Part shown: piece by piece, positions 32,775 to 46,700 of the stretch | Numbering within the stretch: the first letter of the stretch is position 1 | How the letters are laid out: the number at the start of each line of letters is the position of its first letter | Assembly (NCBI GenBank): GCA_950097015.1 | Contig: CATNEN010000015.1 | Coordinates: 1,798,001 to 1,862,000, forward strand | Source: Macrostomum hystrix | Lineage: Eukaryota; Animalia; Platyhelminthes | Direction of reading: 5' to 3' | DNA length: 64,000 bases | Made by a program: the position numbers and the translations under genes | The notes under the pieces: generated by a model | Databases searched by the model: none | Told to the model about the DNA's origin: nothing | The model's input: only the letters and a program-made list of their open reading frames with translations

Positions 32775-35190
32775 AATATGGGGTGAGACAAACTGAGAAA
32801 TGTGGGGTGAGACAAGCTGAGAAATGTGGGGTGAGACAAACTGAGAAATGTGGGGTGAGACAAACTGAGAAATGTGGGGTGAGACAAACTGAGAAATGTG
32901 GGGTGAGACAAACTGAGAAATGTGGGGTGAGACAAACTGAGAATTGTGGGGTGAGACAAACTGAGAAATGTGGGGTGAGACAAACTGAGAATTGTGGGGT
33001 GAGACAAACTGAGAATTGTGGGGTGAGACAAACTGAGAAATGTGGGGTGAGACAAACTGAGAATTGTGGGGTGAGACAAACTGAGAAATGTGGGGTGAGA
33101 CAAACTGAGAAATGTGGGGTGAGACAAACTGAGTAATGTGGGTTGAGACAAACTGAGTAATGTGGGGTGAGACAAACTGAGAAATGTGGGGTGAGACAAA
33201 CTGAGAAATGTGGGGTGAGACAAACTGAGTAATGTGGGTTGAGACAAACTGAGAAATGTGGGGTGAGACAAACTGAGTAATGTGGGTTGAGACAAACTGA
33301 GTAATGTGGGGTGAGACAAACTGAGAAATGTGGGGTGAGACAAACTGAGAAATGTGGGGTGAGACAAACTGAGTAATGTGGGTTGAGACAAACTGAGAAA
33401 TGTGGGGTGAGACAAACTGAGAAATATGGGGTGAGACAAACTGAGAATTGTGGGGTGAGACAAACTGAGAAATGTGGGGTGAGACAAACTGAGAAATGTG
33501 GGGTGAGACAAACTGAGAAATGTGGGGTGAGACAAACTGAGAAATGTGGGGTGAGACAAACTGAGAAATGTGGGGTGAGACAAACTGAGAATTGTGGGGT
33601 GAGACGAACTGAGAAATATGGGGTGAGACAAACTGAGAAATGTGGGGTGAGACAAACTGAAAAATGTGGGGTGAGAAAAGTGAGAATTATTGGTGAGACA
33701 AAATGAGAATTGTGGGGTGAGACAAACTGAGAAATGTGGGGTGAGACAAACTGAGAAATGTGGGGTGAGACAAACTGAGAAATGTGGGGTGAGACAAACT
33801 GAGAAATGTGGGGTGAGACAAACTGAGAATTGTGGGGTGAGACAAACTGAGAATTGTGGGGTGATACAAACTGAGAAATGTGGGGTGAGACAAACTGAGA
33901 ATTGTGGGGTGAGACGAACTGAGAAATATGGGGTGAGACAAACTGAGAAATATGGGGTGTGACAAACTGAGAAATGTGGGGTGAGACAAACTGAGAAATG
34001 TGGGGTGAGACAAACTGAGAAATGTGGGGTGAGACAAACTGAGAATTGTGGGGTGAGACAAACTGAGAAATGTGGGGTGAGACAAACTGAGAATTTTGGG
34101 GTGAGACGAACTGAGAAATATGGGGTGAGACAAACTGAGAAATATGGGGTGTGACAAACTGAGAAATGTGGGGTGAGACAAACTGAGAAATGTGGGGTGA
34201 GACAAACTGAGAATTGTGGGGTGAGACAAACTGAGAAATATGGGGTGAGACAAACTGAGAAATGTGGGGTGAGACAAACTGAGAAATGTGGGGTGAGACA
34301 AACTGAGAAATGTGGGGTGAGACAAACTGAGAAATGTGGGGTGAGACAAACTGAGAATTGTGGGGTGAGACAAGCTGAGAATTGTGGGGTGAGACAAACT
34401 GAGAAATGTGGGGTGAGACAAACTGAGAAATGTGGGGTGAGACAAACTGAGAATTGTGGGGTGAGACAAACTGAGAAATGTGGGGTGAGACAAACTGAGA
34501 ATTGTGGGGTGAGACAAGCTGAGAATTGTGGGGTGAGACAAACTGAGAAATGTGGGGTGAGACAAACTGAGAAATGTGGGGTGAGACAAACTGAGAAATG
34601 TGGGGTGAGACAAACTGAGAATTGTGGGGTGAGACAAACTGAGAATTGTGGGGTGAGACAAACTGAGAAATGTGGGGTGAGACAAACTGAGAAATGTGGG
34701 GTGAGACAAACTGAGAAATGTGGGGTGAGACAAACTGAGAAATGTGGGGTGAGACAAACTGAGAATTGTGGGGTGAGACAAACTGAGAATTGTGGGGTGA
34801 GACAAACTGAGAATTGTGGGGTGAGACAAACTGAGAAATGTGGGGTGAGACAAACTGAGAAATGTGGGGTGAGACAAACTGAGAATTGTGGGGTGAGACA
34901 AACTGAGAATTGTGGGGTGAGACAAACTGAGAATTGTGGGGTGAGACAAACTGAGAAATGTGGGGTGAGACAAACTGAGAAATGTGGGATGAGACAAACT
35001 GAGAAATGTGGGGTGAGACAAACTGAGTAATGTGGGGTGAGACAAACTGAGAAATGTGGGGTGAGAAAAAGTGAGAATTATTGGTGAGACAAAATGAGAA
35101 TTATAGGTGAGACAAAATGAGAATTATAGGTGAGACAAAATGAGAATTATAGGTGAGACAAAATGAGAATTATAGGTGAGACAAACTGAG
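32775..35190. repeat. 24-bp minisatellite (GTGGGGTGAGACAAACTGAGAAAT)
   Basis: About 100 units; degenerates at the right end into GGTGAGACAAAATGAGAATTATA. Confidence 0.97.
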
Positions 35191-35849
35191 AATTATTGAT
35201 GAGTCAAATAGATTCACAAGTGTCAACTCACATACCTAGAAAAACTGATTATGTGAACAAGTTAATTAGTAAATTTTAAGTCGATAATTCAAGAAATTAT
35301 TGTCTCAATAAAAAATTCTTTAAGCCCATCTTTCGCAATGCTGAGCTCATGCTCCAGAGATGCAAACATTATCATAGCTGTGCTCAAAATCTCATATTAT
35401 CTGGCAGCTCTGACAGCTCATGCAGCATCTTCGGCACAAATAAATCGATATTCCCAACCATCTGCTCAAGCACTTCGCCTTGAGAAGTGCTCCATCTTCT
35501 GTCTCTCAGATTTTCTGACGGACAGGATCCAACAAGTTATCAGAATGCTCACAGTCCCTCTGTCACAAAACTCCAATCGAGAATACATTTCCAAGGAATG
35601 GCAGGACTTGTCTTCACAACTGAGCTCATTGACAGTCTCCCGACGACTGCTGAAATTCACTTTCGCTCCATATCGCGGTCGGCTGAAAACATTTTTGCAC
35701 TTTCTGTGTTTCGGGAGCGGGCGAGAAATGTCCATTGTGATTGGCTCCCATAGGCTGCGAAAACCAGTTTGCGAAATCTATTTAACCACGACCGCGAAAT
35801 CTCGTCTGAACTCAACATTAAACTCTTTATTTACTCCTTGATTTTGTCA

Positions 35850-36065
35850 TCCTCTCCTCTCCCTTCTCCTCTCTCCGCTTTCCCCTCTCCCTTCTCCTCT
35901 CCCTTCTCCTCTCCCTTCTCCCCTCCCTTCTCCCCTTTCCTCTCTCCGCTCTTCCCCTGCCCTCGTTCTCTCCCCTCTCTCCCCTCAGTCCTCTCTCCTC
36001 TCTCTTCTACCCTGTCCTCTGTCCTCTCTCCTGTCCCCGACCCGTCTCTCCACTCTCGCTTCTCT
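35850..36065. repeat. CT-rich low-complexity tract
   Basis: Direct reading. Confidence 0.8.
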
Positions 36066-36964
36066 CCTCGCTACGCAATCATAATAAAAATATTCTAAAT
36101 ATCGGCAAATTTTATTTTAATGAAATCTCAGCGTTCTGGGAGAATGTCAAGCACATGTTAGTAGGTTTAATTAGCAAAGCTATAGTGTGAATGTGAGATA
36201 CACAAAAACGCGATGACTTTGCAGCAAATTACACCATTAAAAAAACACAAAAAACGGAAATGAGAGTGCATTATCCAAGAAAAACTAACGGCTCTAACAA
36301 AGCACTTAAAATTTTAGTCTAACTGCCAAGAAACAGCCACCGATTCAAATCCCGATGCTGCTTATAAAGCTTTGAAAATGTCAGACAAGAGAGGAAAGGA
36401 AAATGTCGGCATTTGGAACCAAAAAAAGTTGCAGAAAATTCTTTTTAAACTTGCCGTTTCCTGGAAAGAGAATCGACCCGGTGCAGAACCCGACCGCCCC
36501 GGTTGCTAACAAACCCCAACTGCATGGCAAGAATTCAGTTCGCGAGGTCTTTGATAAACACTGAATTGCTGCCATATGTATATATTTGTACCTATCTTGT
36601 CGGCAAGGTTCGAAACGCTATATTTGGTGGGGATTCTGCAGTTCTGAAGACTTGCACACAGCATATGGGGGGGGGAAAGTTAGATCTAGATTTGCCTCAC
36701 TGAGGATTCCGAAGTTATTAGGCGGCAGTAACAAATGATACCTTCAACAATGGATGAGGACTGGCTTCACAGTGCACTGGTGACTGACAAGAGCTGCGGG
36801 CACACATTCCTGGAAATCAATCAGTAGATTAGATGGACAGATCTGCGCGCGCTGTTCTGGGTAGAAATTACAGTCCTGAAATGGCGCGGAAGGAGTAACA
36901 TGTGGTGTACAGCTGTTCAGTCCATGGACTGGGGCGGCCGTGACACCCACCCCAATAAACACAA

Positions 36965-37340
36965 ATACCTGAACAATAAACATACAGAACTGCGCGATAA
37001 ACACAATGTGCACGATAAACACACTGAACTGAAGATTAAACACACGGAAGTGAACGAAAAACACACAGAACTAAACGATAAACACACAGAACTGCACGAT
37101 AAACACACTGAACTGCACGATAAACACACTGAACTGAAGAATTAACACACGGAACTGAACGATAAACACACTGAACTGAACAAAAAAACAAAAATAACTA
37201 AACGATAAACACATAGAACTGAACAATAAACACCTATAACTAAACGATAACCACAGAGAACTAAACGGTAAACACACTGAACTTAACGATAGACACACAT
37301 AACTGAACGATTAACACACAGAACTAGACGATAAACACAA
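36965..37340. repeat. Degenerate 21-bp minisatellite (ACGATAAACACACTGAACTGC)
   Basis: Recurrent AAACACAC...GAACT with 7-codon periodicity in ORF 36900-37145. Confidence 0.85.
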
Positions 37341-37984
37341 AGTTCCAGCAAAATTGGCTGACACAAAGTACAGAAGGACGAAAAGACAAACAAACTAAAC
37401 AAGCAAAACTAAATTTCAACACGACTCCGCTATGCAACCGCCGACTCCAATTGAATTTCAATGAATTTCTAGCCGTGAGTTTGTGCTGCTCAAAGGCTGC
37501 TCTGATTTCAACATCGAGTGGTTAATTTGGTTGAAATGAAATCAAGAGTTAATTGAAATCCGACACAAATCTTGCTGGAGTGGATTGATGAGATTGAAGA
37601 AAAAGGCAGTAGTTTTTTAAAGTGCATTAGACCAACTAAACTGCCTGTATAATCACTAGCCAACTATAAAAATATTGAGTACTCTTTGAGTCCGTCTGCT
37701 CATAAATGACATGCTTTAGGTTTAGGTCTAAAGGTTAGTGAGGCTAGTTAGTTAGTTAGCAATTGAGATTTCCAGGACGAAAATGGAGTGTAATATAACG
37801 GACTAAATATTAGTCTATTGCTAAGAATTAAACTGAATAAACAAGCTCTTAAAGTTTAACTTAGCAATTATAAATTGGTACAACTTTACACGGGTAGACC
37901 ATACTAGCTTTTGTATTATCCATGTACAATTTGAATTATTGATGTGGCATGCTGAATTAAACAGATAGATGGGAGACTGAAGAT

Positions 37985-39035
37985 AAGGGTGAAGGGGGAG
38001 AGAGAAGGGAGAGAGAGAAGAAGGGAGAGAGAAGGGAGAGAGAAGAAGGGAGAGAGAGAGAAGAAGGGAGAGAGAGAAGGGAGAGAGAGAAGGAGAGAGA
38101 GAAGGGTGAGAGAGAAGAAGGGAGAGAGAGAAGAAGGGAGAGAGAGAGAAAAAAAGGGAGAGAGAGAAGGGAGAGAGAAGAAGGGAGAGAGAGAAGAAGG
38201 GAGAGAGAGAAGAAGGGAGAGAGAGAAGAAGGGAGAGAGAGAAGATGGGAGAGAGAAGAATGGAGAGAGAGAGAAGAAGGGAGAGAGAGAAGAAGGGAGA
38301 GAGAGAGAAGAAGGGAGAGATAGAAGAATGGAGAGAGAGAGAGAAAAAGGGAGAGAGAAGAAGGGAGAGAGAAGAAGGGAGAGAGATAAAGGGAGAGAGA
38401 AGAAGGGAGAGAGAAGAAGGGAGAGAGAAGAAGGGAGAGAGAAGAAGGGAGAGAGAGAAGAAGGGAGAGAGAAGAAGGGAGAGAGAGAAGAAGGGAGAGA
38501 GAGAGAAAAAAAGGGAGAGAGAGAAGAAGGGAGAGAGAGAGAAAAAAAGGGAGAGAGAGAAGGGAGAGAGAAGAAGGGAGAGAGAGAAGAAGGGAGAGAG
38601 AGAAGAAGGGAGAGAGAGAAGAAGGGAGAGAGAGAAGATGGGAGAGAGAAGAATGGAGAGAGAGAGAAGAAGGGAGAGAGAGAAGAAGGGAGAGAGAGAG
38701 AAGAAGGGAGAGAGAGAAGAAGGGAGAGAGAAGAAGGGAGAGAGAGAAGAAGGGAGAGAGAAGAAGGGAGAGAGAGAAGAAGGGAGAGAGAGAAGAAGGG
38801 AGAGAGAGAGAAGAAGGGAGAGATAGAAGAATGGAGAGAGAGAGAGAAAAAGGGAGAGAGAAAAAGGGAGAGAGAAGAAGGGAGAGAGAAGAAGGGAGAG
38901 AGAAGAAGGGAGGGAGAGAAGAAGGGAGAGAGAGAAGAAGGGAGAGAGATAAAGGGAGAGAGAGAAGAAGGGAGAGAGAAGAAGGGAGAGAGAAGAAGGG
39001 AGAGAGAAGAAGGGAGAGAGAGAAGAAGGGAGTGA
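37985..39035. repeat. GA-rich satellite (GAAGAAGGGAGAGAGA)
   Basis: Direct reading. Confidence 0.95.
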
Positions 39036-39957
39036 GAAGGAGACATTGTTAGGGGGCTCAGGTAAAGTGAAGAGACGTGAAGCAGGAAGGGGTGAGAAAG
39101 TGGAAGCGAATTAATTCGAAGTGATCACAGAGCGCATGCCAGGAAGTCTCTAAATTTGAGCTTCTTAATCAAGCTAGGCAGCAGCAGCAGCAACAGCAGT
39201 CAAATGAGCCAGCAGAAGTCCAGTCTTTGAGTCCAGTCTTTGGCGGACTCAAACGAAGCATCTTCTGCTTCTTACGAAGCTTCTCGTAGCATACTCCTAG
39301 AGGGCAAAAACTCTGCGAAGCACCTGTGAGCGTGTGTGCGTGCGGGGGTCTTACTCACAAGTGCTCACGCAGCTCTGGCTGGAAAAGAGCTCCAACTACA
39401 TGCGTGGCGGCGGTTCTCAAACTCACTCGTCTCCGCCGGGGGGGGGTACCGCTAATCTACTCAAAGACTCTTGCGCGTCCCGTTCGTGTCGGCAGGCCCG
39501 AGAAGGCCGGGAGCATTGAAGCCAGGCCTAGCAAAGTCCGCGGGATGCCGCCCACAATTTGCCTGCATGCCATTCCCATCTGTTCTAAAACGGTCCAACA
39601 GCCTCATTAATTAATTATGGACTCACAAAGTCAATTTCGCAGTTTGACAGGGCATTGCTTTGGGGTTGGGCGGAGGGGGCTGGGGCGGGCCCCACTGACG
39701 CCTGTCACTTTTTCTTTGTAAGTGGATGGGTAAGTGAGCCTTTTTTATGAGAGCAGCTCAGCTCTACCTTATTTGGTGCTCACTACCTCGTAAATGTGAA
39801 TTTTATTTCCATTTCATGACTTTGAGACTTTGAGCGCCTACCCAGGCTATCGGCTGGGATCCGAAAAACTTTCAATATAGCTCGTGATTCGACTTTGGCA
39901 AAATCCACGATTGACTAGGCTAGCAATCCGTTACAGGATTAACAACGATCGCCTCCT

Positions 39958-40930
39958 TGAAATCTCAGCCGCTCGAAATCTCACATTCACGAAATCTCAC
40001 TTTCACGAAATCTCACCTTCACGAAATCTCACCCTCCCGAAATCTCACTTTTACGAAATCTCACCCTATCGAAATCTCACCCTATCGAAATCTCACCCTC
40101 CCGAAATGTCACTTTCACGAAATCTCACTTTCACGAAATCTCACTTTCACGAAATCTCACTTTCACGAAATCTCACCCTCCCGAAATCTCACTTTCACGA
40201 AATCTCACCCTATCGAAATCTCACCCTATCGAAAACACACCCTATCGAAATCTCACCCTATCGAAATCTCACCCTATCGAAATCTCACCCACCCGAAATC
40301 TCACTTTCACGAAATCTCACCCTATCGAAAACACACCCTATCGAAATCTCACTTTCACGAAATCTCACCCTCCCGAAATCTCACTTTCACGAAATCTCAC
40401 CCTATCGAAATCTCACCCTATCGAAAACACACCCTATCGAAATCTCACCCTATCGAAATCTCACCCTATCGAAATCTCACCCACCCGAAATCTCACTTTC
40501 ACGAAATCTCACCCTATCGAAAACACACCCTATCGAAATCTCACTTTCACGAAATCTCACCCTATCAAGATCTCACTCTCAAAAAATCTCACCCTATCGA
40601 AATATCACCCTATCGAAATCTCACCCTCATGAAATCTCACCCTCATGAAATCTCACCCTATCGAAATCTCACCCTATCGAAATCTCACCCTATCGAAATC
40701 TCACCCTCCCGAAATCTCACCCTCACGGAATCTCACCATCTGGAAATCTCACCTTCATGAAATCTCACCCCCCTCGAAATCTCACCCCCTCGAAATCTCA
40801 CCCTCATGAAATCTCACCCTCATGAAATCTCACCCTCATGAAATCTCACCCTCATGAAATCTCACCCTATCGAAATCTCACCCCCTCGAAATCTCACCCT
40901 CATGAAATCTCACCCTCATGAAATCTAACC
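39958..40930 (+). repeat. 15/16-bp minisatellite (CGAAATCTCACCCTA(T)), left arm of an inverted pair
   Basis: GAAATCTCAC core in nearly every unit. Confidence 0.93.
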
Positions 40931-41814
40931 CTTTCCATTCCTTCCAGGGCAGTGGAGAGTTAGAATCTCCAAGACAAACAGGGGATTCCCGCATCGGAGC
41001 TCGCACAGCTGAGAGTCATTAATCAAACTGTCTAGGCCAAAGTGGCCCCCACTGCTGTAGGAAGTTGTCCCCGAATCAGTCGAAAGAGCGATGCCAAAAT
41101 CCGGGAAATAGGAGAAGATCCCGGGACTCTCTTCTCCCCAGTTCGTATGCCAAGTCGCCCCACAATTTCCCCCCTTCACGGCGTGTCTTCGGTAGCTTCG
41201 GCGCCGAAAAAAAACAGGGGGATTTCGTTGGGGATTCCAAGAAACGCATTCATTTCTGAGAACTAATATTGAAGTGCTGGCCTCATCAGTCACACTATTT
41301 ATCTCCCCCCAGCAACCGGAGCCCTCCGCTCCCATGTGGCAGATCCAAAGGGCGCAGTTTTCGCAGCAGTTTTCCACTAGATATAATTATTAATACTTCC
41401 CATTTTCCATTTCGATATCGCATTCCCAGCTGATCATACGAGTACAAGGAGGGATTACTTAGAAAATTATTTTTTGCAGTCAAACAGCCTCTGCAGCCAT
41501 TAGCAGCATTTGGGGATTTTAAATTTAGTTTGAGGTTAGGGGATGGCGGTTCACCAGGTCAATAATCTCCCATGGGTCGGAAACTGCGTGCAATCGAGTG
41601 GACCAACCATCGGCAGTTACCCTCATTCAAGAGAAAACTTCTTTGCTTTAGGAAAGTTTTGTTATAAATGGTCTCTTATCACCGTTAGTCCAGGTGTTTC
41701 AAAGTGCTCAAATTAATTTGCAATCAATCAAACCGATAAGTTTGAGACAAGTTTCAAAGCCAAGACGGTTGAAAAAATGCTTCAATACGAGCTCTTTCTA
41801 CGGTGATTTTCTCA

Positions 41815-42393
41815 GGTGAGATTCGCTGGGGTGAGATTCGCTGAGGTGAGATTCGCTAGGGTGAGATTCACTGGGGTGAGATTCGCTGGGGTGAGATTCG
41901 ATGGGGTGAGATTCGCTGGGTGAGATTTCGACAGGGGAGTTTTCCAGAGGGTAAGATTTCCAGAGGGTGAGATTTCCAGAGGGTGAGATTTCCAGAAGGC
42001 GAGATTTCTCCAGCGTGAGATTTCCCGATATTGAGATTTGCCGAGAGTGAGATTTCCAGAAGGTGAGATTTCTAGAGGGTGAGATTTCTAGAGGGTGAGA
42101 TTTCCAGAGGGCGAGATTTCCAGAGGGTGAGATTTCTCCAGCGTGAGATTTCCCGATATTGAGATTTGCCGAGAGTGAGATTTCCAGAAGGTGAGATTTC
42201 TAGAGGGTGAGATTTCCAGAGGGTGAGATTTCCAGAGGGTGAGATTTCCAGAGGGTGAGATTTCTCCAGCGTGAGATTTCCCGATATTGAGATTTGCCGA
42301 GAGTGAGATTTCCAGAAGGTGAGATTTCTAGAGGGTGAGATTTCCAGAGGGTGAGATTTCCAGAGGGTGAGATTTCCAGAAGGCGAGATTTCA
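41815..42393 (-). repeat. 15/16-bp minisatellite (GAGGGTGAGATTTCCA), right arm, inverted relative to 39958-40930
   Basis: Reverse complement TGGAAATCTCACCCTC shares the GAAATCTCACCCT core. Confidence 0.93.
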
Positions 42394-43019
42394 GGCAAGA
42401 AGACAACAAAAAGTACACGGAGAAAAGGACACCTTATTCTTTAAATAGAAACGCATTTTCAAGTTTTCATGCCAGTCGGCATCAAGAGTGAAAATTAGCT
42501 TTCAAATTCTTACCGCAGTGTTTCTCACAAACTAAAGAAACATCTGCAACGCATGCAGCCTTGCTAACCCTGTTAATCAATTTAGACGGAGTATGAGGAG
42601 CAGGAAGAGCTGGGCAGAAATCTTATAAATTTATCGGCCGAGTCAAGTGGCAGATCTGGAGAGTCTGAGCCTGGTGCACTCTTAGAGGCTTTGAGAACTA
42701 GTGCTCAACAGCTGGCTGGGATGCCTGGGGTGGGCGGTGCGGCAGCTGAAATCCGAACTCAACACGACCGGCTCGGCTTTCCTCAGAGACTGCCGCCAAT
42801 CACTCTGGGATTCCACATGGCGCTTATGGCTGTCATATTGGCCAGTTCAGGGCTTAAACAGGCCGCGGTTAGTGAGCGATTGCTGCTCAAACACGGACCA
42901 CACACAGGCGGACTCAGCTCAACTGTGGAAATGCAAATAGTGATTTTATTGGAATCTGGTTTTTCTTTGGATTTCCATGCTCCAAAAATATTTGATTGCT
43001 GGCTCATTGGTGGCGGCGG

Positions 43020-43540
43020 TCCTTTGAATGTAAAATAGCAGACTCACACAGTTGACAGCAGACACAGATAGTTGACAACAGATTCACACAGTTGACAGCA
43101 GACACAGATAGTTGACAACAGATTCACACAGTTGACAGCAGACACAGATAGTTGACAACAGATTCACACAGTTGACAGCAGACACAGATAGTTGACAACA
43201 GATTCACACAGTTGACAGCAGACACAGATAGTTGACAACAGACACAGATAGTTGACAACAGACTCACACAGTTGACAGCAGACACTGATAGTTGACAGCA
43301 GACTCACAGTTGACAACAGACTCACACAGCTGACACCAGGCACTGATAGTTGACGACAGTCTCACACAGCTGAAAACAGGCACTGATAGTTGACAACAGA
43401 CACAGATAGTTGACAACAGACACAGATAGTTGACAACAGACACAGATAGTTGACAACAGACACAGATAGTTGACAACAGACTCACACAGCTGAAAACAGG
43501 CACTGATAGTTGACAACAGACACTGACAATGGACAACAGA
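43020..43540. repeat. About 20-bp minisatellite (GTTGACAACAGACACAGATA / GTTGACAGCAGACACAGATA)
   Basis: Ends about 90 bp upstream of the channel ATG. Confidence 0.92.
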
Positions 43541-43628
43541 CTCAAGAGGGACAACAAATAAGCGAATCGCGAATTCACAGAATGCTCACCATTTCAATCT
43601 CAAGCAGGCATTCTGACTCAACAGGAAG

Positions 43629-43738
43629 ATGTCGGAGCTGATGCAGGCATTGTTCAGCTACCTGGTTGCCGCCTGCTCCTGTCTCGTCATTCTAATTCCG
43701 GCAGGTGTTTCGGCTGAATGCGTCATGAACATCACCAG
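43629..43738 (+). CDS. Channel exon 1 (signal peptide [29 protein letters not shown]...)
   Basis: Hydrophobic N-terminus; AG|GTAAGA donor, phase 2. Confidence 0.7.
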
Positions 43739-46700
43739 GTAAGATGATTTGCCTTAGTAACAAAACTGCGATAATGAAGCCATTATTTTTGTATCGGATT
43801 GAGCCTACAATCAACAATGAGACAGATAATAGCAGCTCGTTACTCGCCTTTCATATTTTGTAGCAATCGGGAGAAATAGCCCATTTCTTTGATATTTAGA
43901 CTTGCAAGCCCAGTAAACGTAGAGTCATTAATTATAAAGAATGTGTGAGAAATGAGACACGTCCTATACACTGAGACGAAACTGAGCCTGTGTGAATTAA
44001 GGTTTATACTAAATTAGCTATTAGAAAGAATGGAAAAGTAAAGAGATAAAAATAAGTGTTGCGTGAAACAACATAAAAATAATAGGATAAAAATATATAG
44101 TGGGTTGAAGGCAAGGGAGAGAGTTTGAAGAGAGAGGGGTTGAAGGGAGGAGGTGAAGGGGAGAGAGTGAAGGAAGGGGTTTAAGGGAAGGGAAGGGTGA
44201 AGGGGAGAGAGTAAGGGAGGGAGAGTGAAGGGAGGGAGAGTGAGGGGAGGGAGAGTGAGGGGAGGGAGAGTGAAGGGAGGGAGAGTGAAGGGAGGGAGAG
44301 TGAGGGGAGGGAGAGTGAGGGGAGGGAGAGTGAAGGGAGGGAGAGTGAGGGGAGGGAGAGTGAGGGGAGGGAGAGTGAAGGGAGGGAGAGTAAATGGAGT
44401 ATTAGGAATTTTTGCTTTTTTTCGTCTCTTCTCTAACCCGGAAGCAAGAAATTTGGAAATTCGAAATGCTTTGCGTCCAGTAAAAAGCAGATTAAAAAGA
44501 GTTTTATGGCAACGCGATGAGTAGTTTTTCATTTCAGCACAGCTAAGAGACACTTATTTAAATTTCTCAATATTTACTCTGAACAGATCGCGCAGAAGTT
44601 CAGTAAGTCTCAAAACTGAATTGGAGGCACGTTTTTGGAAATTACTTTGGAAAGTACTTTTAGTCTGTATTATGAGGGGCCGCGGCCTATGGATTAGAAC
44701 GACGCACCCACGGCTTGAAGGTCTGGGGCTCGATTCCCGACTCGACAATTCGCTCTGCATTGCTTCAGTTCGCCTAGTTGTTAAATGAGTACCAGCGTCA
44801 GCTGGGGCTATTAAGGGTGACTGTGGCTTCCCTCCAGTCCATGGACTGAGCAGCTGTACGCAGCCTTCAGATGCGCTGCGCAATATTTGCGGCTGTGCTG
44901 CCGGCTGCACATCCTGCCCAAGAAGGGCGGGTGAATTAAATTACCTAATTAATTACTTTATTATTATTAATTTGTTAAATTTGTCTCATCGAGGTACAAT
45001 TTATAATTTGTTTTATTGTAGCTTCATCGCGCAGACCAAATATGACAAGAGAAATTCGCCAAACAAAAGTAACGGTCTATGTTATTTTAATTCGCTATTA
45101 TTGCTGAACATTAGTTTCAACTTAATTTCATAGCACGACCATATATTTGTGTTGTGTAAATGCCTAAACTAGCACTTGTGTATTATGCTGTCATTTTTCA
45201 CCTGTTAGTTATTTTTTATCAGCTTCTAGATAAGAAAAGCCACCAGCTTCTAACTGTTATTGACGAAACAATATTTAACTGTTAGACAGGTTTCTACACG
45301 TTACGCTACTGTTAGATACGAGAGTTATCTGTTAGACACGACAGTTATCTGGTAGACACGACAGTTGTGTGTTAGTCTGTTAGACATGAGAGTTATCTGT
45401 TAGACACGACAGTTGTGTGTTAGTCTGTTAGACATGAGAGTTATCTATTAGACACGATAGTTGTGTGTTAGTCTGTTAGGCATGAGAGTTACCTGTTAGA
45501 CACGACAGTTATCTGTTAGACACGACAGTTGTCTGTTAGGCATGAGAGTTACCTGTTAGACACGACAGTTATCTGTTAGACACGACAGTTGTCTGTTAGA
45601 CACAAGAGTTGTCTGTTAGACACGACAGTTATCTGTTAGACACGACAGTTATCTATTAGACACAAGAGTTGTCTGTTAGACACGACAGTTATCTGTTAGA
45701 CACGACAGTTATGTTAGACACGATAGTTATCTGTTAGACACGACAGTTATCTGTTAGACGCGACAGTTATCTGTTAGACACGACAGTTATCTGTTAGACA
45801 CGACAGTTGTCTGTTAGACACGAGAGTTGTCTGTTAGACACGACCGTTATCTGTTAGACACGATAGTTGTGTGTTAGTCTGTAAGCCATGAGAGTTACTG
45901 TTAGACAGAAGCATCCACCTGTTTGTCTATTTTGTCCTGCACAATAGATTTTGTAGCTGTATCTAAGTCGCCGTGTTTCCTATTAGTTTTTCCATCATAT
46001 TTATACCCCATATTTCAGTTATGAACTCTACAAACAGTTGGTTGATCCTAGCGTCTACAACAAAAGAACTCACCCGAGTCTGTGTGAGGCAAAATTCTCC
46101 TGCTTAATTCCCATGATTTGCATTCCTTTTGAGCGAACAACATTCCAAGGCAAATAATTTTTGGTGTTTGAGGTTGTGCGTGAAGTTTTTGAATGTAAGA
46201 ATGTTTAACCCACTACATGATGCAGGATTAAATGGGCGACTAATTTTTTGTGTCGGTTTCCTCTCTACCTCCCTCTCCAAGATGTACACTGGTCTTGTGC
46301 AACAGTGCGTACATTAAGGCGCAAAATCTATTTAGGCCCAAAATCTATTTTTAGCCTAATTTAAGCTAGTGTACTTTGTGTTGGTGAATGTACATTCGCT
46401 GTTTACCCTAGCATGTAGACTGTTTGTTTTATCGAAATCTAGGGTTTAAATGATTTAGACGAAGCCTAAGTTTTATTTCCCTGTGTTCAGTCTACACAGG
46501 TTCGGCTGCTAACTTCATGCTTTGACACTAACCGCCTCGGGATAATAAATCAATTAACCAACCGATAAAAAAATCTATTTTTTTCCAGCCGGTCCCACCG
46601 TAATCCTGCTGGGAATTTACATCAATGGCTTCAACTACATCAGCGAGCAGTCGATGGTGAGCCAAGCATTATTTTGTTTAGTGTTTGTAATTCTCTAATA

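Noticed and set aside
32720-35045. (CGVRQTEK)n and (SHPTFLSL)n ORFs
   Set aside because: 24-bp satellite read on both strands; no unique domain, and interrupted by stops.
41245-41295. Minus-strand CTGATGAG...GAAA, hammerhead-like
   Set aside because: The intervening sequence does not form stem II and lacks the closing G-C pair.
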